From positions 26,951 to 90,950 of the IMG/VR virus record IMGVR_UViG_3300020577_010931: a DNA stretch of 64,000 nt, one strand, 5' to 3'. The translations under genes and the position numbers were made by a program. Positions 9,900 to 20,301 of the stretch are shown here, in pieces. This DNA is from a virus. Taxonomy: Duplodnaviria; Caudoviricetes. Below the pieces are notes generated by a model that was not told where the DNA came from, ran no database searches, and saw nothing but the letters and a program-made list of their open reading frames with translations. The stretch's first letter is position 1, and each line of letters opens with the position of its first letter.

Positions 9900-10555
9900 A
9901 TACCATCCATTTCCACGGGCATCTGCGGGAGAAGTTCGGTGATCGAGTCAAATTCGATATCCGGACCCCGAAAGAGGCTATTCGTGCGCTCTGTTATCAG
10001 CTTCCTGGGTTCAGAGAAGAATTTGCTCGGGGAAGCTATTCGATCGTCAGAAACACGCCTGATACTGAGAAGGGGTTCTGTTACGACACAGAGACCGTCG
10101 GAATGTATCTTGGACGAGCGGACCTTCACTTCGTACCTAGCCTATCTGGTGAAGGAGGAAGAGGGCTCGGAAAGATCATTCTGGGAACTCTGCTGATTGC
10201 GTCTGCTTTCATCTTCGCTCCACCGACTGTTGCTGGATTCGCAAGTGGTGCCGCTGCGGTCGCTTCCAGCGGTGGTCTAGCTTCCACTGCGTTCTCCGTC
10301 GCGGGTATTGCGATCACTTATTCTCAAATCGCGTCAACTGGCGCTTTTCTTCTCTTCTCCGGTATCTCTCAGCTTCTAGCTCCTACTGTGAAACCGACCA
10401 CTCCTCAGAGCGTTGATCAGGAAGCTTCTTTCTTGTTCAATGGACCTGTCAATGTTATTGAACAGGGTGGTCCGGTGCCTCTCGCTTATGGCATCTGCAT
10501 GGTTGGTTCTGTGGTGATTTCGGCAGGTATCTCTGTCGAAGAAGTCGATATCTGA
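9896..10555 (+). CDS. Tail assembly protein I-like
   Basis: IHFHGHLREKFG...IRTPKEAIRALC.QLPGF; C-terminal FLFNGPVN...QGGPVPLAYG..MVGSVVISAG. GTG start overlaps the gpK stop. Confidence 0.9.
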   Translation: MNTIHFHGHLREKFGDRVKFDIRTPKEAIRALCYQLPGFREEFARGSYSIVRNTPDTEKGFCYDTETVGMYLGRADLHFVPSLSGEGGRGLGKIILGTLLIASAFIFAPPTVAGFASGAAAVASSGGLASTAFSVAGIAITYSQIASTGAFLLFSGISQLLAPTVKPTTPQSVDQEASFLFNGPVNVIEQGGPVPLAYGICMVGSVVISAGISVEEVDI

Positions 10556-10562
10556 GGAACCT

Positions 10563-13500
10563 ATGGTAGACATCAACTACACTCCCGGGTTCCTTCGTGG
10601 TCATGGTGGTGGAAAGAGCGGAGGCTCTGCCAGCGGACCTCAGGAAGCCAAGAACACTCTCAAGAGTAGAGCGACTGCTCGAATCCTAGAGCTTCTCTCT
10701 GAGGGAGAGATTGTCGGTCTCTTCAACGGCACCCAGTCTATTTTCCTCGAGGATACTCCTCTCGAAGCGATTGATGGATCGCACAATTTTGAAGGATTCG
10801 CTTACGATCTGAGATATGGTCTCCCCGACCAGACTTACATGTCGGGGTTTTCCCAGGTGGAGACCGAGAACGAAGTCGGCGTCGAGGTGACGTACGATAC
10901 TCCGATTACTCGCACTATCAATGATCCTCTCGTCGATGCTGTTCGAGTTACGATTCGTCTTCCTGTTCTGACCCATACGAACGATGATGGAGATTTGAAC
11001 GGCACCTTCGTCGTCTTGGCGATTCAGTATCGGAGCTTCGGAGGCCCCTGGGTCTCTCCGAATATCGGTACCTACATGGAGAGCTTCTCTCCTCCGATTT
11101 CTCCCGAATCGACGTTCTTCCGAATCACTGTCAGAGCCCCCAAGGCTTCTCTGCCGACTGATCCAGATACTCTGAACACGGCTTTCATCGTAGGTCTGAA
11201 GTACCGTATCGCTGGATCAGGTTCGGCCTACACTGAGCTCCCTGGGAAGACCTATAATCAAGTCAAGGGTGGAAATATCGGTTCCATCATCGGAAGCATC
11301 ACTGGAGGCTCGCCACATGCTGGAGCTTCCCAGAACCCTCAGAATTTCATTGAGGACGTGTCTACGACATACGAGATCACTCTAGCGAATGACTCGTATG
11401 AATTCGTTCCGATGTATTATAGTCAGATCGCAGCCGCACAGTGCCGGAAGACCACTCCGGCAATGACGATTGTCGGTAAGACGACTTCGCCCTACGAGAG
11501 ATCGTATCGATTCAATCTTCCCGAGGGAGGAGCTCCCTGGGATATTCGAGTCTCTCGTCTTCAGCCAGACCCGGAGGAAGCGAAGCATCAGAATAGATTC
11601 TACTTCTCGCGATACACCGAAATCATTGACGAGAAGTTCATCTATCCGAACTCGGCGCTCATTGGTGTCGCTATCGACGCCGAGCAGTTTGAAGGGAAGA
11701 TTCCCTCTCGCTCGTACCTGATCAAAGGTATCAAGATCAGTATTCCGAGCAATTACGATCCGATTACCAGGACCTATGATGGCATCTGGGATGGCCTCTT
11801 CGTTACGGATTGGTCGAACAATCCTGTCTGGGTTCTTTATGATCTGATCACGAATCGACGCTATGGTATCGGTCGTTTTCTCAATGTGACCGAAATCGAC
11901 AAGTGGTCGTTCTACGACGCAGCGAAATACTGCGATGAAGATGTGCCGAATCTCTATGGAGGAGTTGAACCCAGATTTACGTTCAATGCCTGGATTGCAG
12001 ATCGTACGTCAGCTCTTGAAGCTCTGCAGTCGGTGGCTTCATCCTTCAGAGGAATGATTTACTGGTCGGCCGGTGCGATCTTCCTGTCTATCGATCGACC
12101 CAAGAGTCCGACAAAGATCTTCACGGCTTCAAACGTTATTGATGGAGATTTCGTCTATCAGGGGACTTCTCTGAAGGATCGTCATACTCTCGTTCGCGTT
12201 ACTTGGAACGACCCAGACGATTTCTATCGTCCGGCTATTGAGGTTGTCGAAGACCCCGACGGCATGGTTAGATACGGTCTTCGCGACACTGATCTTCGTC
12301 TCCTGGGATGCTCTTCGCAAGGTCAGGCGTACCGTCATGGTCGATGGACGCTCGACACAGAGAAGAGTGAACGGGAGATGGTTACTTTCTCCATCTCCTG
12401 GAGAGATGCGGATATTCTTCCCGGTGAAATCTTCTCTGTTCAGGATCCTTTCTGGTCGGGGGCCAAGTTCGGTGGTCGACTGAAGAGTGTGGCCGCGAGC
12501 AAGGCGAATCTCGATCGTTCGGTCACGCTGGAAGATGGACAGGACTACACCCTCTGGGCTGTCATGCCGAACGGTGTTCTCCAGACATCTCCAGTTGTGA
12601 ATGATCCTGGCTCCTGGGATGTTCTCAATCTCGCCAATCCCTTCAATTTTGATGGGAACTACATTCCCAATCCTGATCTTGCCGGTATCGTTGAAGGAGA
12701 CGTGTCTTCCACTGGTTCTCTTCCAACTGGATGGGGATGGCAGGGCATTTCTGGTTCTACGCTGGAGATTCTTGATCACGGTATTCTGGATGGCGTTCCC
12801 TTCATCAATTTCAGATTCACCTGGACGTCTGCTCCGACAGCCACGGCCTTCATCACGATGGCTCCTCTCGGTGTGATTGGAGCGGCGCCCGGTGACGTCT
12901 GGAATTTCGCGATGCGATTTGCACCGCTATCTGCCTGGGACACCGACATCGTTTCGTTTGGTCATAAGATCGATTGGAGAGACTCTGGTTCGACATTGAA
13001 TACTGATACTTACAACTATCCGAATCCTGATCTTCAGACCTTCGATAAGGCTCAGCTTCTCGTCGCGGATGCTCCTGTTGGAACTTTGACTGCGAGACCT
13101 GCGGCTCGAATCCAGGTCGGAGTGGGAACCTCTGGGGTCATTGAATTTCGTCTGGGAGGATGGTTCATTTCTTCCGACGACGAACAGCCTATGGCGAACG
13201 CTGTCTGGGCTCTAGTCGCCACGAATATCGAACCTCGTCCTTTCCGTTGCCTGATGATCAGAGAAACGGATACTCATCTCTTCGAGGTGACTGGTCTCTT
13301 CTATGACGTGACAAAGTTCGCTCGCGTCGAGGAAGATATCACCATTGTCAATCCCAGGTACTATCACGCTCCAACTGGCCCTCTTCTTCCACCAACGAAT
13401 CTTTCGTTCCAGGAATATCTCTATAAAATCGGTAACACTGTTCGTTCCGGAGTCACTGTCTCTTGGACAGCACCGAACGATGGTCGTATCATCTTCTACG

Positions 13501-14753
13501 AATTCCAGCTTCGAGATCCTATCACTGACGCCTACACGACTATCTCTACAGTAACCACGACATCGACAGATGTTCGTGAAATCCTATATGGAATCTACGG
13601 TGCTCGTGTTCGTTCCATCGATGGAACTGGAACGAAGAAGAGCCCGTGGTTGACTGTTGATCCGGTGCAATTCAGCGGTCTCCTGGGTCCTCCCGGAGAT
13701 GTCCAGAATTTCCGTGCCAACATCATCGGTGATACGATTTTCCTCCTCTGGGATCGTGTGACTGATCTTGATTTGGATCACTATCGTCTCAAATTCTCCC
13801 CCGAAGTCGTGGGAGCTTCTTGGACGAGCTCTACTGATCTCTTCCCTATTATTCCGAGAGAAGCAACGAACGTCTCTGCTCCTTTCTTGAACGGAACCTA
13901 TCTGATCAAAGCTGTCGATTTCCAGGGAGTTGAAAGCTCTGTCGAAGCGATCGTTATCAATCTCAAAACTGGTGGTCTCAATCAGAATACGGTTCTGATC
14001 ATCCAGGAAGATCCGACTTTCGCTGGAACGAAGGACGACGTCTACTACTCAGTGACCCTGGGTGGTATTCGTCTCATTCCTGAGTCCTACGATTTCTTTA
14101 CTCTCACCGATGTCTTTGATCTATCTGATTTCTTCTTCGGCGAAGGTGTGGTCGCTGAAGGATACTATTACTTCGACAACGATGTAGATCTCGGAGAAGT
14201 CTTTACGAGCCGCTTGGTTCCTGCGATTTCGGTCACTGGTGCCAACGTCCTTAACGATTTCTTCGGTCCAGAGGACATGTATTCGGTTGCCGATATGTTC
14301 GGCAGCCTCGGTGGTGGATACGATGCAATCCTGGAGGTTCGATACACCCAGGATGATCCCTCTGGGTCTCCGACATGGACTCCTTGGTACCAGTTCCTCA
14401 CTGGAGACTATACTGCTCGAGCCTTCCAGTTCAGATTGCATCTTCTGACGACCAATCCATCTATTACTCCTGTCGTAACGAAGGCAGCAGTGACCGTCGA
14501 CATGCCGGACCGTGTTGATGGTATGGACGATGTCTCCGGCACAGCCGGTGGCATTAGAATTACCTTCGATCCGGCGTTTAGAGCCAAGCCCTCTATTGTC
14601 ATTACCGGGCAATCAATGGATACTGGCGACTACTTCGAGTTGAGCAACCAGGACGAAACTGGCTTCGACGTCATTTTCTATAATGCGTCGGCAGTTTCGG
14701 TTACCCGAGTGTTCGACTGGCATGCCCGAGGCTACGGATATAGGATCGTCTGA
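10563..14753 (+). CDS. Central tail fibre / host-specificity protein J-like
   Basis: GGGK.GG...EA.NTL.S.A.ARILELLSEGEIVGL; YPNSALIG..IDAEQF; WSNNP.W.LYDL..N.RYG.G; EPRFT.N; C-terminal FN3-like segments. Confidence 0.92.
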   Translation: MVDINYTPGFLRGHGGGKSGGSASGPQEAKNTLKSRATARILELLSEGEIVGLFNGTQSIFLEDTPLEAIDGSHNFEGFAYDLRYGLPDQTYMSGFSQVETENEVGVEVTYDTPITRTINDPLVDAVRVTIRLPVLTHTNDDGDLNGTFVVLAIQYRSFGGPWVSPNIGTYMESFSPPISPESTFFRITVRAPKASLPTDPDTLNTAFIVGLKYRIAGSGSAYTELPGKTYNQVKGGNIGSIIGSITGGSPHAGASQNPQNFIEDVSTTYEITLANDSYEFVPMYYSQIAAAQCRKTTPAMTIVGKTTSPYERSYRFNLPEGGAPWDIRVSRLQPDPEEAKHQNRFYFSRYTEIIDEKFIYPNSALIGVAIDAEQFEGKIPSRSYLIKGIKISIPSNYDPITRTYDGIWDGLFVTDWSNNPVWVLYDLITNRRYGIGRFLNVTEIDKWSFYDAAKYCDEDVPNLYGGVEPRFTFNAWIADRTSALEALQSVASSFRGMIYWSAGAIFLSIDRPKSPTKIFTASNVIDGDFVYQGTSLKDRHTLVRVTWNDPDDFYRPAIEVVEDPDGMVRYGLRDTDLRLLGCSSQGQAYRHGRWTLDTEKSEREMVTFSISWRDADILPGEIFSVQDPFWSGAKFGGRLKSVAASKANLDRSVTLEDGQDYTLWAVMPNGVLQTSPVVNDPGSWDVLNLANPFNFDGNYIPNPDLAGIVEGDVSSTGSLPTGWGWQGISGSTLEILDHGILDGVPFINFRFTWTSAPTATAFITMAPLGVIGAAPGDVWNFAMRFAPLSAWDTDIVSFGHKIDWRDSGSTLNTDTYNYPNPDLQTFDKAQLLVADAPVGTLTARPAARIQVGVGTSGVIEFRLGGWFISSDDEQPMANAVWALVATNIEPRPFRCLMIRETDTHLFEVTGLFYDVTKFARVEEDITIVNPRYYHAPTGPLLPPTNLSFQEYLYKIGNTVRSGVTVSWTAPNDGRIIFYEFQLRDPITDAYTTISTVTTTSTDVREILYGIYGARVRSIDGTGTKKSPWLTVDPVQFSGLLGPPGDVQNFRANIIGDTIFLLWDRVTDLDLDHYRLKFSPEVVGASWTSSTDLFPIIPREATNVSAPFLNGTYLIKAVDFQGVESSVEAIVINLKTGGLNQNTVLIIQEDPTFAGTKDDVYYSVTLGGIRLIPESYDFFTLTDVFDLSDFFFGEGVVAEGYYYFDNDVDLGEVFTSRLVPAISVTGANVLNDFFGPEDMYSVADMFGSLGGGYDAILEVRYTQDDPSGSPTWTPWYQFLTGDYTARAFQFRLHLLTTNPSITPVVTKAAVTVDMPDRVDGMDDVSGTAGGIRITFDPAFRAKPSIVITGQSMDTGDYFELSNQDETGFDVIFYNASAVSVTRVFDWHARGYGYRIV

Positions 14754-15673
14754 TGGCTCAGGCCACTGATATGCTGGTTCCGACGTCGGGTCCTCTGTCC
14801 CCGTCGGATTACGCTCAGCAGACCAACGAAATCTTCGCCGCGCTTGCGTCCACTCATTCGGGAACGTCAGCGCCACCGAGTCCCACGACTTGGCAGATGT
14901 GGCTGGATACGAGCGGTGCGGTCACTGCTCGTCTTCTCAAGATGTTTGATGGAACCGATTGGATTCTTCTCGGAACCATCAACGCGACGGCGAATACTTT
15001 CGTCCCGGAAGGACTTGGCGGATTTCTGCTCTATCCTCTCGGTGGCGGTAACGTTGTCACGGCTCTCACCAATTGGAACTCGTACACCGGAACAGGATTT
15101 CTTTACGGATCAGGTATCTCGAATAGCCCGACTGGCTCGTCTGGTGATTGGCTCGTTGTCGCTTCAAGCAACGGCACAGTTCGATTCCAATTGGCGATCG
15201 CGGCTTCGGGAACTCTCGCGATTTGGTTCCGAGTGTATATCGGCTCCTGGGGTTCCTGGAAGCGAATCGATCTTGACGCAGCCACGGTAGCTGAATTTCG
15301 TACCGGAACCGACATTGCGAAGTTTCTCAACAGTAAGATCTTCTGGGATGCAGGAGCGTACGTAGCTCTGTCGCAGTCGTCTTCTATTGCTCCCAATCTC
15401 GCCAACGGAATCAATTTCACTCTCACTCTAAATCAGAACATCACTCTTGCGAATATGACCAATTTGAAGGAAGGTCAGACAGGTTTGATTCGAATCCAGA
15501 ATGAAGCTGTATCTGGTCTTTATCAGATCACGGCTTATGGAAATCAGTATGTCTGTGCTGATCGAGAATTCCCTGAAATGCCGATCGGTCCTGGTCTGGT
15601 CCTTGGAATCGTGTATCATGTGCTCCCCTCGAGCAAGGTGCTTCTGATTCCCCTGTTTGACATCGGAGTGTGA
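14753..15673 (+). CDS. Side tail fibre 1 (anchor domain + gp53-like repeat + C-terminal docking domain)
   Basis: Directly follows gpJ. Its N-terminus (HSGTSAPPSP...WLDTSG...LLK.FDGT.W) is shared with 39127..41679. Confidence 0.7.
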   Translation: MAQATDMLVPTSGPLSPSDYAQQTNEIFAALASTHSGTSAPPSPTTWQMWLDTSGAVTARLLKMFDGTDWILLGTINATANTFVPEGLGGFLLYPLGGGNVVTALTNWNSYTGTGFLYGSGISNSPTGSSGDWLVVASSNGTVRFQLAIAASGTLAIWFRVYIGSWGSWKRIDLDAATVAEFRTGTDIAKFLNSKIFWDAGAYVALSQSSSIAPNLANGINFTLTLNQNITLANMTNLKEGQTGLIRIQNEAVSGLYQITAYGNQYVCADREFPEMPIGPGLVLGIVYHVLPSSKVLLIPLFDIGV

Positions 15674-15674
15674 T

Positions 15675-16391
15675 ATGTGGGCGATTCTGAAGCCGAATAG
15701 CACAGAAGTCCAAGAGATCATCTGGAATCCCAGGACGATCAAGACGGAAGAATTCACCTATCCGAGATCCGTCTGGGTTTCTCGCGATCGGGATTGGCTT
15801 TTCAAGAATCTTCGGGCAGTTCCTTTCATCAGAGGAACTCCCGAGCCGCCAACTGTGAATCATAGAGTTTCGAAGACATTCTATCGTTACGATCCACAGC
15901 AGAACCAGGTTTATGAGACTTTCGAGTACGAAGAGAATCAAGTGCCGACCATTGGTCTGCATGACACTCTCAACGATGCTCGGGCCTACGGTGGTCGTCT
16001 GATCGACGAAAAGGCCGAACAGATTCGTGCTCGATTCATCACTCCTGGATCAGGGCAGGCTCTCAGTTATATGATGAAGAGAATCAGCGCTGAGGAAGTT
16101 CTCAATGCTGATGTGAAGGGAGAATCTGTTGACGCTCCGATGATTGATGTTCTCGTCGGCATCGAAATCAATCCTGAAACGAAGCAGCCCTTCGAGAACA
16201 GAGTTGAACTGGCTGCTCATATCGTCGCATCTTCGTTCAAAACGGAGATGATTGAGGCGACTATTGACGCTGCCCGTCGCATCACCAAGATCGCTATCTC
16301 GAAGGCAGAAGATCAACCAACTGTCGATCGTCTTGTTCTCCTGGGATATGCTGAGCTCGAAAGAGCATCCAAGGATGCTGAGGCTATTTGA
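15675..16391 (+). CDS. Fibre-associated hypothetical protein (possible fibre assembly chaperone)
   Basis: Coupled to the fibre gene. Contains AEQIRARFITPGSGQALSY..K, typical of tail-fibre assembly proteins. Confidence 0.5.
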   Translation: MWAILKPNSTEVQEIIWNPRTIKTEEFTYPRSVWVSRDRDWLFKNLRAVPFIRGTPEPPTVNHRVSKTFYRYDPQQNQVYETFEYEENQVPTIGLHDTLNDARAYGGRLIDEKAEQIRARFITPGSGQALSYMMKRISAEEVLNADVKGESVDAPMIDVLVGIEINPETKQPFENRVELAAHIVASSFKTEMIEATIDAARRITKIAISKAEDQPTVDRLVLLGYAELERASKDAEAI

Positions 16392-18913
16392 TGCGTAACA
16401 ATCTTCTCATGGCGGCTCGTCAAAAGAAGAAGACGAAGATCGCTGAACTTTTTCCAATCAAAATCAATCGTTCGCTGGTTGCTGGACCGAAAATTCGTGG
16501 TGGAAGCGGAGCGAGTGTCTCTCGCTCCTTCACAGGCTCAGGAGTTTCCAGCAAGAAAGGAACTCTCGCCTTCTGGATCAAGTATCCAATTGTTGATGAT
16601 TTGAACGACGAAGTTACGTATTTCGTTCGCTCGATCTCCATTGGTGATGGAAGCACTCCAGCAAGAGGTGTTTACGTTGGAGCCGCCCCTGGTTCATCCC
16701 AGGGACTCTTCTTTCAATTCGTCCAGCCGTTCGGTTCCGGTAACGGAACGTTCTACGTCAAACACAATCTGAATCTCGCTGGAGGAAGAAGCGAGTGGTT
16801 TCACTTGGCAGTTACGTGGGATACGACCTCTGGTACATCGTCTCAGAGAATGAGAATGTACGTCAATGGAGTCGAAATCTACGATGCAGCGAGAAACAAT
16901 CCAGCACTAGATTATTCGACTAGATTTGCTCTGTCAGATTCCATAGTCTATATTGGATATCCAGGAGAGCAGGCTCCAGGTATCTTCAATATCGCCGATT
17001 TCTATTACATCGATGGACAGGTGATCGCTCCTACTGAATTTGTTCAGTGGGATTCTCTTGATGGTATCTTGAAACCGAAGAGATACACTGTTCCGATTGC
17101 AGGAAATTCCTTCTATCTGAATTTCGAAGGAACCACGACTACGGAAGTGGCTCAAGATAAGAGTGGAAATGGACAGAATTTCACTCCGAACAATCTTTCG
17201 ATCGGAAGCGCCTTTTCCACTCAACTGAGCTCGGATTCCCCCACCAATAGATTTCCGGTGTTTCTCGAATCGATCTCGGGAAATGAATGGTCTGACAATG
17301 ACAACTTCAGCCTCGGAGGTCGCGCTCTCAGGGTTCCCGCAGATTCGAATTCGCGCGCCTATGTGACATCTCTACCAGTTCCTATTGAAAGAGGAACTTG
17401 GTATTTCGAAATGAAAGTGATCGCTGGAGGAAGTCAACTCGCTGTCGGGCTTGGCGATTTCACTCCTACCCTTGGTTCAATTCAGAACATCCATACGGAT
17501 GGAAACTATGTGACCCAGGGACAGCATTGGCTCTATTCTTCAGATGCCTTCAAGCTGGGACCCGGAGGAGCTTCCACTTCCTATGGAGCGACCTGGACGG
17601 CGGGAGATGTTATCGGATGCGTGATTAACAAGTCCAGCGCCACAAGTCTCACGATCACATTTACGAAGAATGGAGTTTCTCAGGGCACAGCTTTCACTCT
17701 GACAGGAACTGAGATTCCTCATCCGGAAATCCTCGGTCTCTATATTGTTCTGACCGCGAAGACCACTCGCAGTGGTACGTCTGATGTCGAATTCAATTTC
17801 GGTCAGATGGAATCCTTCGCTTACGCTTCTCCTGATCCTACCGCGCTCCCGATGAGCACGGCGAATTTCGATGTCCCGGAATTCCCTTCGTTGAAATTCT
17901 ACAACGATATGGTCCGTCTCATCGGAAACGGATCGATGCCTCGTACAGTGAAGACCTGGTACAGTGTTCCTCAGTCGAGAGGAAATCCATGGTCTCTGGT
18001 GACGATGGATACTGGTGTCGATCATATCAAGTGGTGGTGGGATAGTGTAGACAACGGAGCTCTCGGTTGGTTCCTGGGGGCCACGACTTTCGCTACTCAG
18101 GCCGGCATCGCTGGGTCACCGACTGGAGGCGCTACCGATACTCGAATTTATGATTTCCTCGCAGACGGTGTTCGTCTTGGGAATCAGGTGGATACGAACG
18201 CCAACGGCGATCGCTACATGCACTTTTTCCTGGAGATGAATCCTGAGATCGGCTTCAAGAGAGTCACCTACACCGGAAATGGAAGTGGATCAGCCCGAGC
18301 TATTGCTCATGGTCTCGGGATGGTTCCGTACTGTATTCTCGTTCGTCGTTTGGACGGTACTGGTCGGACTACTCACTGGTTCCTCTATCCCAAGGGAACT
18401 GCCGAGAGTTACGAATTCACTGCTCCTGGTGGATCGTATGGTTCTCGAAATATGTGGGGATCGCTTCCGACTACAACCGACTTCTATGTCCGAGATAATG
18501 GAGCTGCCGAAAGTATTAACGCGAGCGGTGGTTCGTACGTTGCTTACCTCTTCGCCCCCAACAAGCGAGCGATGGCTGTTGGATCGTATATTGGTCAGAC
18601 GAAACCTATCTATTGTCACTGTGGCTTCAAGCCTCTTGTTGTGTTCATCCTGAACAAGAGCACGGGAAAGCAGTACGTCTATTCTCCCGGAAGAATCACA
18701 GAGGGATTTCATCTTCAATCTAACTTTTCAGTGCCCGAAGTTTCGACTGGAGTGAGCCCATCGTTTGAAATTGCTGGATTCAAGGTTCACGGTAATAGCT
18801 CCACTCAAATCAATACAGCCGGCCAGGATCATATTTGGTTCGCAATCGCAGGAGAGCATAGCTCTCTAGCCCTGGGATACGTGGACCAGCCCTCCGTCGG
18901 ATCTCCACGGTAA
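16388..18913 (+). CDS. Putative receptor-binding/lectin protein (LamG-like + SPRY + C-terminal beta domains)
   Basis: 841 aa. WFHLAVTWDTT...RMRMYVNG (LamG); GTWYFEMK...WTAGDVIGCVI....FTKNG (SPRY); VTYTGNGS..RAIAHGLG..PYCILV. Lies in the fibre cassette. Confidence 0.65.
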   Translation: MMRNNLLMAARQKKKTKIAELFPIKINRSLVAGPKIRGGSGASVSRSFTGSGVSSKKGTLAFWIKYPIVDDLNDEVTYFVRSISIGDGSTPARGVYVGAAPGSSQGLFFQFVQPFGSGNGTFYVKHNLNLAGGRSEWFHLAVTWDTTSGTSSQRMRMYVNGVEIYDAARNNPALDYSTRFALSDSIVYIGYPGEQAPGIFNIADFYYIDGQVIAPTEFVQWDSLDGILKPKRYTVPIAGNSFYLNFEGTTTTEVAQDKSGNGQNFTPNNLSIGSAFSTQLSSDSPTNRFPVFLESISGNEWSDNDNFSLGGRALRVPADSNSRAYVTSLPVPIERGTWYFEMKVIAGGSQLAVGLGDFTPTLGSIQNIHTDGNYVTQGQHWLYSSDAFKLGPGGASTSYGATWTAGDVIGCVINKSSATSLTITFTKNGVSQGTAFTLTGTEIPHPEILGLYIVLTAKTTRSGTSDVEFNFGQMESFAYASPDPTALPMSTANFDVPEFPSLKFYNDMVRLIGNGSMPRTVKTWYSVPQSRGNPWSLVTMDTGVDHIKWWWDSVDNGALGWFLGATTFATQAGIAGSPTGGATDTRIYDFLADGVRLGNQVDTNANGDRYMHFFLEMNPEIGFKRVTYTGNGSGSARAIAHGLGMVPYCILVRRLDGTGRTTHWFLYPKGTAESYEFTAPGGSYGSRNMWGSLPTTTDFYVRDNGAAESINASGGSYVAYLFAPNKRAMAVGSYIGQTKPIYCHCGFKPLVVFILNKSTGKQYVYSPGRITEGFHLQSNFSVPEVSTGVSPSFEIAGFKVHGNSSTQINTAGQDHIWFAIAGEHSSLALGYVDQPSVGSPR

Positions 18914-18990
18914 TCCTTCTTGTCAGGAGTGGAATTGACGGCTATCCTGGCCGAGGCGTCTATGGGTGTCTGTAGACACATGAGGGGGCC

Positions 18991-19311
18991 ATGGAAAATC
19001 ATGTTCTCATTGCAGTGGCCCGACTCGAAGAGAGATTGGTCAATGCCCAGAAGAATCAGGACGATTTTCATGCTCAGGTGCAGAGAACTCTCGACGAGCT
19101 GAAAATCCAGGTCGCTCGTGGCGCTGACGAGATGAGGGCTAACTTCAAAGCTCAGGAAGAAGATCTCAAAGCACAGCTCGAAGACATTCGGACGAAGTAC
19201 ACTCTTCTCAGTCGTTTTACTCTCGTGGAACGGCTTGTCTTCGGTATGGTAGCTGTCGTTCTCGCGACAGTTCTTGGTGCGATTCTGGCCGGAGCAATCC
19301 CAATTCTCTGA
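18991..19311 (+). CDS. Coiled-coil protein with a C-terminal TM helix (lysis-region membrane protein)
   Basis: N-terminal coiled coil and hydrophobic C-terminus LVFGMVAVVLATVLGAILAGAIPIL, upstream of the endolysin. Confidence 0.55.
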   Translation: MENHVLIAVARLEERLVNAQKNQDDFHAQVQRTLDELKIQVARGADEMRANFKAQEEDLKAQLEDIRTKYTLLSRFTLVERLVFGMVAVVLATVLGAILAGAIPIL

Positions 19312-19346
19312 GTCTCTCTGAGGAAGATTTTCCGAGACGAGTCCTC

Positions 19347-19538
19347 TTGACCCAGGGACTTCTCATTCCCGAGGATGCAACTCCTGGGAAGAACATCATT
19401 GTGACCAAGGGACTCTTTTACTGCAATTTTTGGCAGAAGTACCTTCTAGGTATTAACGTAGAGTTCCCTGACGTTATCATTGACGTGACTGATGACTCGA
19501 TCGTGACAGGGGATTCCGGTGATTCAGATCACAACTGA
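19347..19538 (+). CDS. Small hypothetical protein
   Basis: TTG-start ORF that fills the gap before the endolysin; no recognisable motif. Confidence 0.3.
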   Translation: MTQGLLIPEDATPGKNIIVTKGLFYCNFWQKYLLGINVEFPDVIIDVTDDSIVTGDSGDSDHN

Positions 19539-20301
19539 TCTTCTCAAGAAAATCGCTCCCACCTCCGGGAAGGCAGTGGCGAAGAGAGATCGTATTCTGG
19601 AACTGATTGTTCCTGCTCTGAATTTGTATCTTCCTCAGTATGGAATCACAACTCGTCTTCGCGTCTGTCATTTCCTTGCTCAGGCGGCTCACGAGACGAT
19701 GGGGTTCCAGACCCTTGACGAGCTCGGTGGGGACGCTTATTTCAACGAACATTACGATACACGAACCGACCTGGGGAACACTGCCGCTCGTGATGGAGAT
19801 GGAGCTCTCTATCATGGCCGGGGCATCTTCCAGTTGACAGGAAAGAGCAACTACGAAATCTTTGGCGCTCGTATCGGAAAGGATCTCGTCAATCATCCTG
19901 AGATTGCCGAAGACGGTCCTACGTCTGTTCTCTTGGCCTGTCTTTACTGGACAGATCGGAAGATCAATCAGTGGGCTGATGCGAACAATCTCGCGAAAGT
20001 CACTCTGAAAATCAATGGTGGCGACAATGGAATCGACAGCAGACGAACTTATCTGAATCGCTGCTTCGACTACATCGTTGATGATGGAACTGTCGTTCCA
20101 ACTCCGGTCACGCAACCACCCTTCATCCCTCCGATTCCTGGTCGGAAACCTCCGATCCCAGGAACTACGACAACCCCCATCTACATCCCTTCCACTCCCG
20201 TAGAACCGAAGAGTGCCTGGACTCGTTTCTGGGAGGCTGTCGCGAAGTTCATCCTGTCTCTGAAAGGAAGTTCGAATGGATCCGGTCGCCACGACAATTG
20301 A
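19519..20301 (+). CDS. Endolysin, glycoside hydrolase family 19 (chitinase-like), with a Pro-rich linker and amphipathic tail
   Basis: HFLAQAAHET.GF..L.ELG; YHGRGIFQLTGKSNY; W...A..D....VT.KINGG.NG...R. Confidence 0.92.
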   Translation: MIQITTDLLKKIAPTSGKAVAKRDRILELIVPALNLYLPQYGITTRLRVCHFLAQAAHETMGFQTLDELGGDAYFNEHYDTRTDLGNTAARDGDGALYHGRGIFQLTGKSNYEIFGARIGKDLVNHPEIAEDGPTSVLLACLYWTDRKINQWADANNLAKVTLKINGGDNGIDSRRTYLNRCFDYIVDDGTVVPTPVTQPPFIPPIPGRKPPIPGTTTTPIYIPSTPVEPKSAWTRFWEAVAKFILSLKGSSNGSGRHDN

